A program made the translations under genes and the position numbers. 64,000 bases of DNA from Eremomyces bilateralis CBS 781.70. Its lineage: Eukaryota. Positions 36,950 to 50,104 of the stretch are shown here, piece after piece. The notes under the pieces were generated by a model that saw only the letters and a list, made by a program, of their open reading frames with translations, was not told the origin of the DNA and ran no database searches. The DNA lies in assembly GCA_010015585.1 (NCBI GenBank), contig ML975162.1; one strand, 5' to 3'. Numbering within the stretch: position 1 is the first letter of the stretch; the number at the start of each line of letters is the position of its first letter.

Positions 36950-39900
36950 ATGGACATCATGGCATCCCAACCTCCAGCGCCGGAGAGGCAACCGTTCGAG
37001 GAGAGCAAAGAGGACGAGTCGCAGTCGCATAACGAAACGGTGTTGAAACATGAAGGGTACGTAGAACCTGAGTTTTCTATTTCCATTACACTTTCATGCC
37101 TGTTGTCATTCGCGCAGTGGGAAACGCGCGACAAGGCGATGTGGTTTATCTCCCTTCCCCTCACCTCCACATATCTGACTCAGATCGCCACATTCGTTGC
37201 CACTTCCTGAACATGTGCTTAAACTTCTTGCGTACTTGCAGAACCTCCAACCGTCAAGACTACGACATGTTCGCCGAGTCCACTCCATCTGCATCGCCTG
37301 CCCTTGACACCGCCGACGCGACAAATTCCGCATCGATAGCTGTTGACCTCGCACCTGCGCCGACTTCTTTGACGGCAACTGCACCTGAAGACGAGCACAA
37401 AGACACGATTGCAGCGCGGCTAGAGAGTGAGAACAGCGCGTCTATCGCGCCAACGACAGCGACGGATTACATTCCCGAAATGAAAGACCATGCGTCGCAA
37501 CAATCCGCGCTTCTTCCCACCGCGCAACCCGATCCTGTTGATCACGCTGCATCGACCGTCGAGCCGGCCAAGACAGAACCAGATCCAATCGCGACCATAT
37601 CCGTCCCACCGCCCATTGAACAACCCACGTCGGATGTGAGAGACGAACCGGTAGCAGAACAAGTAGCTCTGGAAGAAGCGCCGGTTGTGAAACCGGACTT
37701 GGCTTTTGATGGCGTACCGGATGCAATGGACACCACAGAAGATGTAGCAAAACAAACTGCAACGGAGGAACCGGCCACGAATGGCACGGCGAACCGTTCA
37801 TATCCGTCACTTTCCGAGTCAGTTCCACCTGTCACGGAGTCGCCCCAAATGGACGACAGTGCCCAGAGTACTACTGCGAATACGTCTATGATGGATACTC
37901 AGCCGACCGATGTCAGCGAAAAGCTTCAAGTGAATGAACCAGCCTCCAGTTCCGCTCCCCCAGATACCGCCACTGGCACAGATATGGATGCGACAATGAC
38001 CGATGTACCCGCACCCAGCAAGGTGCGCGCAAGGGAGGATGAGGACGATGCAGAGCCGGCAGCAAAGCGCGCAAAGACTGACGAGGGCTCGGCTCCTGTT
38101 CCACCACAGTCATCAGATGCGCAGAAGTTGGATGTGCCGGTGGCCGAACAACCGGCTACTCCATCGCCAGCTCCTGCGACAAATGGTACCCCTCAAGCAG
38201 GGCCAGCACCCCCCGCGGCCACTCCCAGCTTCGCGGACGAGATCATGGCCAAGCGAGATTTCGACTCCAACCCCATCTCGGATGCACAGCACCGGTACCT
38301 GCAAGAATCTCTTCGCAAGGCCAAAAAGATCAAGGCCGGTGCCTCTTTTGCCGAGCCTGTTGATCCCGTCAAACTCAACATCCCTACGTATTTCGAATTC
38401 ATCAAGCGCCCAATGGATCTCACAACCATCGAGAAGAAGCTTCGTGAACGCGAATATTCCTCCACAAACGATCTTATGGACGATTTCGACACCATGGTCC
38501 GCAATTGCATGACCTTCAACGGCCCGAATCATGCAGTTACCCTCTCGGGCTACGATTTGAAAGCCTACTTCATCAAACTTCTCAACGTCATGCCCAAGTC
38601 GGGTGACCCGCTGCCAGCTCCGAAAAAGCTGTTAAAACCTCCCACGGCGCCGACTCGTCTTTCGCAACCGCGACGAGAATCGCGTACAAAGTCTTCGCCC
38701 CCGGCGCCCCCTGCGCCCGCCGTGGTCCCAACCGCCATGCCACCTCCTTCCGGCAGTGCTGGGTCGCCTCCAGCGTCTACGGCATTCGCACTCAAACCTG
38801 ACGGGCTTCCTCTGATTCGCCGCGATAGCGCTGCCACGGATCGACCAAAGCGCGAGATCCATCGACCACCGTCCAAAGATCTCATCTACAACCAGCCCAA
38901 GCCGAAGGGCAGGAAAGCGGTGGAACTGCAGTTCGCCGAGCAGGTGGTCAATGAATTCTACAAGCCCAAATACGAAGCTGTCGCAGCCTCATTTTACTAT
39001 GAAGTCGACCCTGTGGCTCTCCAGATCCCCACCTACCACAAGGTCATCAAAAAGCCAATGGATCTTGGTTCCATCCGAAGGAACGTTGAACAAGGCCACT
39101 ACCATAACGCCAAGGATGTGTATCGCGACTTCAAGCTTATGCTCAGCAACTGCTACAAGTTCAACGGACCGGATCATCCTATTAGCTTCGCGGGCAAACA
39201 GCTGGAGAAATACTTCGAGGACGAATGGAGTAAACTGGACGACTATGTCTCGAAGAACACACCCGCCAGCCCCACGGAAGTCGACCTCAGCGACGAAGAG
39301 GAGGAAGAGGAGAGCGACGTGGAGGATTCTGGAGTATGGATGAAGCGTCAGATGGACGAATTGAACGCCGTCCAAGCCGAATTGCAAGCTTTGGCGAAGC
39401 GGCAGTTTGATCTCCAAAACCGACATGGAGACCTTCTAAAGGAAATCCAAGAGGGTCAGCTCAAAGGGAAGGCGGTCAGTCCCAAGGTTGGAGGCAAGAA
39501 GAGCAAGACCAAGAAGCCCAAGCTCGAAGGGGGTAGCAAGGGTGGAAAACGGGGAAGTGGAGTTGGGGTGGCGAAAGATGACACCAAGAAGAAAGGTGGG
39601 GCCGCGGCGAAGCCGAAGAAGATCCCGACCTTGGGATTGCCGCAGAAGACGGAGATCAGCAATTACATCGACACTCTCACGGACAATGACAGGGTGCAAG
39701 AAGTACTAGGGATCATCAGGGCGGGAATGCCGTCCGTAGCGGTAAGTTACCCAACCTTCAACCCTTTCACTTTATCCGCCTTGAGAATATCTATATAACT
39801 AACGTAACGCAACAGAACCTCGACACCCAAGAGATCGAACTCGACATTGACCAAATCCCCAACCACGTCCTCTATGACCTCTACGTCTACATCTGCAAGT

Positions 39901-40271
39901 CCCGCGGCGAGAAACCCAACTTCGGCACGTCCACTGGCCGGGCCTCCACCGTCGACGACGGCGCATACGACCGCGACCTCGAGGACGCCGACTTCCAGCC
40001 GCGCAAGAAGAGCGGCGGCGGGCGGCGCGGGCGCAAAGGCGGGTCGGGCGGCACGGGCGACGACAGCGCGGCGGCAGCGCAGCGCAAGAAGAACAAGCCG
40101 ATGAAGCCGGCGGAGCAGGAGGCGCGCATCAGCGAGATCAAGCAGGCGCTAGGGGGGTTCAGTGGGAATGGGGGAGCGGGGCATGGGGTGGTGGAGAGTG
40201 TGGAGGGGATAGGGCACGATGAGGACAGCGAGGATGATAGTGACGATGAGAGTGAGAGTGAAGAGGAGTAG
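36950..40271 (+). CDS. BDF1: BET-family double-bromodomain protein, 3 exons
   Basis: Two bromodomains (FAEPVDPVKLNIPTY..PMDL..NCMTFN; VDPVALQIPTY..PMDL..NCYKFN) and an ET domain (EIELDID after the intron at about 39742-39816). Confidence 0.9.
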
Positions 40272-41207
40272 GTGGATGGATGAGGGGTGATTATTCTTCG
40301 GGGGTTCGGGATGGGGATGGGGCGGGCGTATTCCGGTTGCTTTTCCGGACGCTGGAGTTGATGTATGGGATGGCTCATGATCTCCGCTGATGGGGTTGTT
40401 ACGTCCTGCTAGGAGCTTCACGACATTCACCTTCAAAACCTCGCTTCTCACCTCTTCGTCGGCCTTCCTTTCTCTCCCCGCCCGCTTCATCAGCCACGCA
40501 ACATGGGGATGTCATTTTCAAGACCCCGACCCCGACCCCGACCCCGACTCTTCTGACTGCGGCAATCCACTTGGGATTGCTTTTTGTCGGTGCGGATTCC
40601 AATGGGGGAAGGGTGGACACATCATCGCTAAGGGGTTGCGGTGGAAAATTGTTTTGCATTGTATGATAAGATAGTAGTCGATGGATGGGTAACAGATTTG
40701 TGTGAGCAAGATCAATGTAAGAATGGGATTGTGGTGTGTAATATTGGTAATTCCTTGTGATGGATCTGATCGGATTATGATGTCGGTTTGTGACTTGGTC
40801 GTTCAGTTGTTAGATGTGTTCCAATATCCAGTCCCAGATATTAGCGCGTATGGCTGAGAAGATTCACATGATCTCATGGCCTTGTTGCCTCAGGCACCAT
40901 ACTTTAACGGAACTTGCCGTTCAGTTCACCTCGCAAGGGAGCTTCGCTGAACAATTGAACATCCCCAAACTTTCTATCGCGTTCACCAAATCGCTACACC
41001 TGTCTCTACTCATTGTCACGACATCCAGCTCTTTGCTTGCCTTTTCACTGGCTTGGTATCCTCGAGTTCAACAGCCCCTCGGTCCTTGCGTCATATAATC
41101 TATAACGCCGCTGCTGGACGACGACCATCGTCGAAGGATTCGAGCGTACCCTAGGAGTGGAGAGTGAGAGACCATAAAGTGAGTTTCTGAAGACCTTGTA
41201 TGCATGA

Positions 41208-42843
<1,636 letters not shown>

Positions 42844-43316
42844 GACGGTTAATTAACCTGTGGGGTCGGACGCGCTTTCAATGGGATGGTGCAAGGCGTA
42901 TGGCTTAGAAAACGGTGTCCAGATAGATCGTGGTCTTGTACAATGGAGTGGAATCCGGATGGGCACGGCGGAATATCAAAAGCTTTTCTGGTTCAATTAG
43001 GTTGTTTTATGGTCTTCTTGATCTAGATTAGGAATTGAAGTCGTAAATCATAACTTATTCATCTGGGAACATAGACCTGTAACGGTGGCGAATGAATATG
43101 TGACGACTGTCGGACAGGGGAGCATCCTCATCTGTCTCACGACTCGCCGAACTTCGCCGAGGGACTGGCCATCTCCAACTTCGATGACTTTTTTCACCAC
43201 CTACTACTTACTTTATTATCCACCTGCGACAATCATCACGTAGAAGCCTCCTAACTACTCCCTCCATCCAATCCTTGAACCCCTCCATCCAACCCTTTAA
43301 TCTCCCCTCACCCACC

Positions 43317-43838
43317 ATGCGCCGCTCCCTCCTTACCGTGCTCTCGCGCTCCCGCCACCCCCTCCGCGCAACCTTCACCACGACCTCCTCCCTCCTTTCC
43401 AGCCGCTGGAACCCCGGCCCTGCCCCTCCTCGCCTCCCCAAAGAAGAACAGGAACTCTTCGAATCCCTCCAACGCGCCTCCACCGGCGCCTTCAGCACCC
43501 CATCCTCATCCCTCCCGCCCACCGCCGACCTACCACCCACATCTACATCCCCATCCCCCTCTGCCTCCGACTCCACCCAACCACCCTCGACGACCGCCAC
43601 CGACGCCAACCCCGCGCGCCCCGCATCCGGCCCAGAGATGCTAGCGAGCCTGAAGGCGCGGCTCCAGGCGGTGGAGGGGGGCGAGGAGATGCATCCGAAC
43701 GTGCGGAAGGGGGCGCGGCCGGAGTTCGAGGGGGAGACAAATCCGACGACGGGGGAGGTGGGGGGCCCGAAGAACGAGCCGCTGCGGTGGGGGGTGGGGA
43801 GTGATTGGAGTTATAATGGGCGGGTGACGGATTTCTAA
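43317..43838 (+). CDS. SDH8: Succinate dehydrogenase assembly factor 4 (DUF1674)
   Basis: Presequence; PPRLPKEEQELF; C-terminal NPTTGEVGGPKNEPLRWG..DWSYNGRVTDF. Confidence 0.88.
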   Translation: MRRSLLTVLSRSRHPLRATFTTTSSLLSSRWNPGPAPPRLPKEEQELFESLQRASTGAFSTPSSSLPPTADLPPTSTSPSPSASDSTQPPSTTATDANPARPASGPEMLASLKARLQAVEGGEEMHPNVRKGARPEFEGETNPTTGEVGGPKNEPLRWGVGSDWSYNGRVTDF

Positions 43839-44082
43839 GGGGGTGCGATGGAGAACTGAACGGTGGTGGGGAGGATGGATGCGAAGGGGTGGTTTGTTCA
43901 CGGGGGATGAAGTTAGTGATTCGGGATATGTACATCTTTGGGAGGATTGATGGGCATTTGCGGCATTGGGATATGGGATTCATGTTTAGGATTGCATGGG
44001 ATGGAGTTGAGCTGGATTTGATACGGATACCTGTCCTATACATCATAGTTTAAGGGAAACTGCTACAATGCGCTGTATCATT

Positions 44083-44142
44083 ACTGCAATATCCAACTGC
44101 AATATCCAACTGCAATATCCAACTGCAATATCCAACTGCAAT
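44083..44142. repeat. 13-bp perfect tandem repeat ACTGCAATATCCA x4.6
   Basis: Read directly; intergenic. Confidence 0.95.
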
Positions 44143-44973
44143 GTATAGGCACATTCTCAAATGCCTTGATTCTCGTTTGGCATGCCAACCGATTCGTCCT
44201 CAGAGTCATTCATCTGTATGATGTCCATTTGTATGATACCTATTCGAATATACGGAGAGCAGGCACCAATAAGATGCTCAGTATTGCCAACAACTAAATT
44301 CATTGCTTTTCATCATGTCTAATCATTAATGTCCAGCGTACACCACAGTATCAATTTAATTGTTAATATAAGAGCATGATATGTCTGTTGTGGTAATGAT
44401 TCCTTCCGCCTTCCGGGCTTCCCACGCAATTCCGTCATTGTCGGCTGGGTCCGAGATCGCACTAATCCCCAAAAGAATTGAAGCTGTCGCTATCCATATT
44501 CCCCAAAGGCCGAGACCTCATGCAATTTCAGGCATTTTCAGCATATAATCGATCGTGTGCTAATATAAAACGCGACGAGATATTCCATCCGTGTAATATC
44601 TCATTCGAATAATCATCGATTAGAGTGTATGACTGTAAGTGTTGTCCCGGTTTCATTCGAGATGCGTCCTTGCAAGCCCGATCCTTCATCCTTGGCTTCG
44701 CGGCTCTTCGGGATGGACTTGTCCAATATTCGGATGATTCATTGATTTGTTATTGCAATTTTCCTTTCTTGTCTCTATACATCACAGGCATCTGGCCTTG
44801 GAGAATTTTTATTTGGATGTTCTTCCAATTGACAAGTAACCATACTGACTGAAACAAAGATCCAGTCAACCTACTGCCCCGCGCGTACTCACAACTACCG
44901 GCCTGTCTATGGACTGTTGTCTTAGACAATACTCAGAAAAATCTACTCGGTCTCGGAACGTAAGGCGGAGAGC

Positions 44974-46550
44974 ATGTCGACGACTATAGTATTAGGATCC
45001 CAATGGTATGTCTGAACGTTGAGCGGCATCACATTTGTCTAACAGCGATATAGGGGAGATGAGGGGTAATACTCTGATGAAGCGCGGGATAGAAGCAGTC
45101 GAGTCTAATATGATGCAGGAAGGGGAAGCTTGTAGACATATTGTGTGCAGACGCGAAGTTGTGCTGCCGAGCCCAGGTACATATCACCCCATTGACTCGA
45201 GATCCGTTTCAATTGACCTCAGATAGGGCGGCCACAATGCAGGCCACACCATTGTCCACGGGGACAAGACGTTTGACGTCCACATCCTCCCATCCGGCGT
45301 ATGCAGTCCGGGTTGCATGAACCTGATCGGCAACGGCTGCGTCGTCCACGTCCCGACCTTCTTCAAGGAAATCGCAGCGCTGAAACAGCACGGCATCGAC
45401 CTGGTCGATCGCTTGTTCATCAGCGACCGCGCCCATGTGATCTTAGACCTGCACACCATCATCGATCGGCTGCAAGAGGTGAGTGACCCCCCGTGGAGAC
45501 CGGATCAGACGCTGACCATCCCAGGGCGAGCGCGGCAAGAAACCCGTCGGCACCACCGGAAAAGGCATCGGCCCGACCTACAGCTCCAAAGCGACGCGCT
45601 CCGGGATCCGCATCTCTGACATCTTCGAGAAAGGCGTTCTGGAAGCCAAGATCCACCGTCTCGCGGATGGCAACAAGAAGCGCTTCGGCGAGCTGCTGGA
45701 CTACAGCGTGGAGAAGGAGATCGCCTATTTCGACGAGATCCGCGAGCAGCTCCGCCCGTATATCGTCGACCAGGTGCCCCTCATCAAGAGCGTGAAAGAG
45801 GGGAAGATCCCCGTGTTGGTGGAGGGCGCGAACGCGCTGATGCTGGATTTGGATTCCGGGACGTATCCATTCGTCACGTCGTCGAATACCGGGCTGGGCG
45901 GTGTGCTCACGTCGCTGACTGTCGGGTGGAGATCCATCAAGGAGGTCATCGGCGTGGTCAAAGCATACACGACTCGCGTTGGATCCGGGCCATTCCCGAC
46001 GGAGCAAATCAACGAGATTGGCGACTGGTTGCAGTCGGTCGGACGAGAAGTGGGAGTCACCACCGGCCGAAGACGGAGATGCGGCTGGCTGGATCTGGTA
46101 GTGTTGAAGTATTCACACGAGTACGTTCTGCCCTGCATCGATTTTCATACAGTTGAATTCGTCTAATCTAACACGGGATGTAGATGCAATGATTACACCT
46201 CCATCAATCTGACCAAGGTACGTTCGCTGGGTACTCAGCATATGGACAATCTCTAACCCGAACCCTAGCTCGACATCCTCGATGACTTTGAGGAAATCAA
46301 GATCGGTGTTGCGTACAAGCACCAAGGGCATGAGCTCCCCTCGTTCCCGGCGGACGCCGCGGTTGCCGAGCAGGTCGAAGTCGATTACGTGACGATGCCC
46401 GGTTGGAAGACGTCGACGAAAGGCGCCAGGACCTATGGGGAGTTGCCGGAGAACGCGAGGCGGTACATCGAGTTCATCGAGCAGCAGGTGGGGGTGAAGG
46501 TCAAGTACATCGGTACCGGGCCTGGGCGGGAGAGCATGATCGTCCGATAG
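44974..46550 (+). CDS. ADE12: Adenylosuccinate synthetase, about 7 exons
   Basis: VLGSQW|GDEG|KGK across small exons, [60 protein letters not shown]. Confidence 0.95.
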
Positions 46551-46691
46551 ATCATACATGCTGCAAAGTAGACGTCCACTGGACGACAGCACTTCATCGT
46601 TGTGTAACTAGTGCTATTAGACCGTCATTCATGCGCCATCAGCAGATACAGCGCTCCAGAAGAATCGTCTGTCAGAATCATCGGGTTTCGT

Positions 46692-48968
46692 TCATTTGAC
46701 CTTGGCCATCACAGTGTCGGGCCCGCGGACCACTTCTATTTCACCGGCGCGTGCCTTCACAGCGTTAAGCAAGCTCCGGTCGAAATCATCTCTTGCTCGC
46801 AGCACCGCTTCCACCCAGCTCATATTGACGTCCCAATAATCCGTCTTGAACTGCGCGTACACATCGGGCAGTTGAGCCTTGTCTGACTCGAGCAGCCGAG
46901 TGAACCCATCCACCACTCGCCATTTCTGCTTGATGGCCTCGAACGCCTCGAACTTCTCGAAGTATCCGAAAACGGTCAGGATATCGTCGCGGATCTTCTG
47001 CACGAACGGATCGGAGCGCCGGAACTTGACCGACTTGTTCCGCACGGACGAGAGGTAGTGAATGAGAAGCTCGTCGGCAAGTTCTTCGACCAGGATGTCG
47101 CGGAGGGACGGATGGAGAACGGGAAGGTAATCGTTTAGGTAGTCCTCAAACGTGCTGACGGCCTGACCGATGGCCTTCTTCGAGTACCATGCGGGCGTGA
47201 AGAACTCGGACATGAGGTTGCGGAAGTCGATGGAGAAGATGACCTGTGCAAAAGTGTTCAGACAATGCGTGCTGAGATCGACGTATCCGTCCCGGAGCGT
47301 TTCGGTTTGAGAAGTGACGGTGATGCTATACGCAGAGGACACGATTGGATTTATCGCCCGTGAGAATTGGGTCAGGTAGCTTGGTGACCCACCCTCGTCT
47401 TCCGCGTCATCGATGCAAGCAATTTGGTCATTGGCAATGGCGACAAGGAAGTCTTGGAGTGGCTGCAGTCCCTCCTGATCGGCGTTTGGCTGAAGGTATT
47501 TCTGCAGCTCGGACGAGACCAGTTGCTCCCACATGCGCTGGCGGGAAATCAGCGAGCGGAACATCGCCTCAACGACCCCTTCCGCGACATCGGTCCGCTT
47601 GCTCGACTCCGCGACGTCCAACTGCTCGCGAAGCATGCGCCACATGTCACCCATGGTTTTGGTGCGCAGACATCCGTTTTCGTCGGTGTCGAGGGATGAT
47701 TCGTCGCGGGAGAGGAAGTTCTTCTTGTCGGTGACGACCATGCGGTCCATCCACTCTTCCACCGCCTTGACGATGAGCTGTCGATATTCTCGAATCAGGT
47801 CGGCGCTGCGATTGTCGATGACGGGAACCTTCATCATGTCCCGAGGAACACCGAGCTTTTCCATCTTGGTATAGTACTTGTCCGCCCACTGAACGATCGC
47901 GAGCATCTGGGGGGGCGTAAGTTGCGGGTTGTCGATGAGCGCAACCAGCCAATCGTGCATCTGCTTGTGATAGATCTGCACATATGTCTGAAATATCTTC
48001 CACTTCTTCGGCGTCAATCGCTGCATACCTAGCTTGACGGTGTTGAGGTCATTGAAGAACCAGCGCACGCTCTTCTCAAGCTTGTCGGGGTCGTCTTGGA
48101 ACATGTCGTTCGACTCGTCCATCTGGTTATCCGCGTACATTTCGATGGCCTTCAGGAACTTCTCTTTGTAACCCCGAGTCTCCTTCGGCCCGGCGGTGAT
48201 GGACTTGAAGCGACTTGCCAGGTCCTTGTACTCTTTCTGTGCGTCCTGTAAAGCTTTGGCTTTATTATCACTCTTCTCTTCCTCTGAGATGACCAACGCG
48301 AGCCGCACAACCATGCTGTCGTTCCCTTGTTGGACTAGAGGGATGATGTTCATGCACGCTGTGCCGAGATGCTCGTCGAATGCATCGATAACTTCGTCCA
48401 GTCGTTGAAAGGTCTCGGATAAAGTCATGCCGCTGGAGAGTTGTAGGTTGTTCATAAGCTCCATGGCTTTCTCGGATCCCTTCGCCTGCTCCATTGCGGT
48501 ATCTCTGATATCTCTCAACTTCGTAAGCTCCATATGGATTGCTAGAAGGTTCGGCTGTTGCTCGATATTCTGGCTGTCTTCGTCCAGCAGCATCTCCAGC
48601 TGCGTCAGCCTGGCGTCAAAACTCTCGATATCATTCTTCAGCTGCAACACCGCGGTGAAGTTCCGGTGTGCCTGGGCCACCGCATTAATCTGCCCAAAGT
48701 CCTTGATCATGTTCTGCTGCTCGGAGCACATCTTGTCGACCTTCTGCATCTCCTCCTTGATCTGTTGGAGGATTCGCGACGCATCGTGGATGGAGTTCAT
48801 GCCCGTCTGCGTCACCTCCAGCTGATCTTTCAGCCCGGCCTGGAGCTGAGCATCGACGCCTGCTTTCTTCCGTTGCAACTCGGCTTTGAGCGACGGGATC
48901 TTGTCGAGGTCATCCGGATGCCGCAGCAGAGGCGCGAGCTTGCTCGCAACGGAATCGACATCGTTCAT
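46692..48968 (-). CDS. SEC6: Exocyst subunit Sec6 (frame stays open upstream to about 49322)
   Basis: MNDVDSVASKLAPLLRHPDDLDKIP, VRLALVISEEEKSD, LVAIANDQIAC, YWDVNMSWVEAVLRARDD. Confidence 0.9.
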   Translation of the reverse strand: MNDVDSVASKLAPLLRHPDDLDKIPSLKAELQRKKAGVDAQLQAGLKDQLEVTQTGMNSIHDASRILQQIKEEMQKVDKMCSEQQNMIKDFGQINAVAQAHRNFTAVLQLKNDIESFDARLTQLEMLLDEDSQNIEQQPNLLAIHMELTKLRDIRDTAMEQAKGSEKAMELMNNLQLSSGMTLSETFQRLDEVIDAFDEHLGTACMNIIPLVQQGNDSMVVRLALVISEEEKSDNKAKALQDAQKEYKDLASRFKSITAGPKETRGYKEKFLKAIEMYADNQMDESNDMFQDDPDKLEKSVRWFFNDLNTVKLGMQRLTPKKWKIFQTYVQIYHKQMHDWLVALIDNPQLTPPQMLAIVQWADKYYTKMEKLGVPRDMMKVPVIDNRSADLIREYRQLIVKAVEEWMDRMVVTDKKNFLSRDESSLDTDENGCLRTKTMGDMWRMLREQLDVAESSKRTDVAEGVVEAMFRSLISRQRMWEQLVSSELQKYLQPNADQEGLQPLQDFLVAIANDQIACIDDAEDEGGSPSYLTQFSRAINPIVSSAYSITVTSQTETLRDGYVDLSTHCLNTFAQVIFSIDFRNLMSEFFTPAWYSKKAIGQAVSTFEDYLNDYLPVLHPSLRDILVEELADELLIHYLSSVRNKSVKFRRSDPFVQKIRDDILTVFGYFEKFEAFEAIKQKWRVVDGFTRLLESDKAQLPDVYAQFKTDYWDVNMSWVEAVLRARDDFDRSLLNAVKARAGEIEVVRGPDTVMAKVK

Positions 48969-49499
48969 GATGGCTTGAATGATAGGACTCGTTGACGGGA
49001 ATATGTTCTCATGTTCCCTGGACGGAGGAGTCTCGGCATGAGGTTTCCCCGGCGAGGAATTGGAAGCATCGTCATTTAAAGATGCCCTTCGTGATGCTCC
49101 TGAAGTCTGGGGGACTTGAGACGGATCGACAGCTGGAGTGGCTGGAGCTTGTGGCGTCGAGCCCAGGTAGGCGGCTTGGGTCGCTCCTTCCAGCACTACT
49201 TCCCGCCCGAAATATTGCCGAAGCCCCAGTCGCTCGAACATCTTGCGATAAGTTGCGACTTTGCCGTCCGTGGGCCCAACATCTTCAATTCCTTCCATTG
49301 TGCTGAATTTGAGGGCGTCCAAAAGTTAATACAGTGAACTTGGAAGTGAAGTTGAGCGCGGATGACATTTTGATTGCTTGAGGCAGTCCGTCTGCTCGCC
49401 GTTTGTCACATAACACACTCACCCTTCTGCAAGACCTCCAACACCAACGACCACCACGATAATCCATCCCCGAATCGTTACCACTGCCACCTCCTCCTC

Positions 49500-49778
49500 A
49501 TGGCGTACTTCAAAATCACGCTTATGCGGTCGGCCATTGGCCTTCCGAAACCCATCGGTGGAGTCCTCAAGTCGCTCGGACTCAGGAAACGCATGGCGAC
49601 TGTGTATCAACCTGTTCGACAAGACGTGGCAGGAAAAATCATGGCCGTCAAGGAGCTGGTGGATGTGCAAGAAGTCGAGAAACCGCTCACGAATGCGGAG
49701 ATGCGGGCATTACGGCGCCCCGATCCGGGGTTCTATGTCGAGAGCCGAGGAGTACAACGTTTCGATACCACCGAATGA
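49500..49778 (+). CDS. MRPL33: Mitochondrial ribosomal protein uL30m
   Basis: MAYFKITLMRSAIGLP...LGLRKR...AGKIMAVKELV...RRPDPGFYVE. Confidence 0.9.
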   Translation: MAYFKITLMRSAIGLPKPIGGVLKSLGLRKRMATVYQPVRQDVAGKIMAVKELVDVQEVEKPLTNAEMRALRRPDPGFYVESRGVQRFDTTE

Positions 49779-50104
49779 ACGCAGCTTCATAACACATCGA
49801 GCACGAATCGACTACTGGAAATTGGGGACGTCTCGAGCCTAGGGGAATATGGCAAATAATATGAATGAAGCCAGGCTCTACTCACGGCACTACGACGAAT
49901 GTGCAGCTGGGAACACTGGGAAAGGAGAGCATTGTAGTCACACCACATACGCTGTTGGAAGATATCCAAGGACGAGAGCTGGGATCAGGATGGATGATGC
50001 ATTGGAATCTATGTGATTTAGCATCGAGACAGACATGGAAGCGCTGCGTGGTATATATGCCAAGCTGCTGGCTTTACCAAACCACCAACCGAGCTTTTTC
50101 AAAA

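Noticed and set aside
40522..40548. (GACCCC)4 repeat
   Set aside because: Ordinary microsatellite downstream of BDF1
44083..44142. Tandem repeat as a CRISPR-like array
   Set aside because: No spacers, 13-bp unit, eukaryotic context; a simple minisatellite
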